The notes beneath the pieces were generated by a model. The model saw nothing but the letters and a program-made list of their open reading frames with translations, did no database searches and was not told the origin of the DNA. From contig OZ243974.1 in assembly GCA_965214775.1 (NCBI GenBank), forward strand, positions 1,088,001 to 1,152,000: a stretch of DNA of 64,000 nucleotides, written 5' to 3'. Shown here piece by piece: positions 63,918 to 64,000 of this stretch. The first letter of the stretch is position 1; each line of letters begins with the position of its first letter. The position numbers were made by a program, and so were the translations under genes. The stretch is from Nitrosopumilus sp. GTDB lineage: Archaea; Thermoproteota; Nitrososphaeria; Nitrososphaerales; Nitrosopumilaceae.

Positions 63918-64000
63918 TAACAGGTTGGTTTACTACGATACCAATGTTTGGGTATCCTACATGCTAGGTGACAAAGACGCCTATTATGCCCACTGCAAGC
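63901..64000 (+). CDS. PIN-domain (VapC-like) protein, partial
   Basis: LVYYDTNVWVSY; start uncertain; cut by the window end. Confidence 0.65.
   Translation, partial: MSGITDNRLVYYDTNVWVSYMLGDKDAYYAHCK

Overview
Archaeal chromosome segment. Gene content (ESCRT-III/Snf7, GPN GTPase, AcnX pair, queE-folE-queC, sat/cysH) points to Nitrosopumilaceae (Thaumarchaeota); the heavy mobile-element load would fit a host-associated lineage (inference). Housekeeping blocks (about 1.3-9.7 kb and 20.4-32.1 kb) and a glycosylation block (about 42.7-50 kb and 60-63 kb) alternate with hotspots holding ISH3, IS630, IS5/ISL2, IS481 and IS110 elements and roughly ten MITE families, often nested. Main observations: (1) three IS110 copies share a structured ~195-nt non-coding leader whose guide segments change with each copy's own insertion site, with compensatory stem changes, i.e. 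a naturally retargeted archaeal bridge-RNA system, including a 476-bp transposase-deleted mini element; (2) MITE pairs act as composite transposons or cointegrates moving toxin-antitoxin cargo, with target duplications visible; (3) a NurA-HerA pair convergent on a lone DruA/DUF4338-like gene, a candidate defence locus. No CRISPR array, rRNA or tRNA was seen. All family calls come from motif reading, not database searches.
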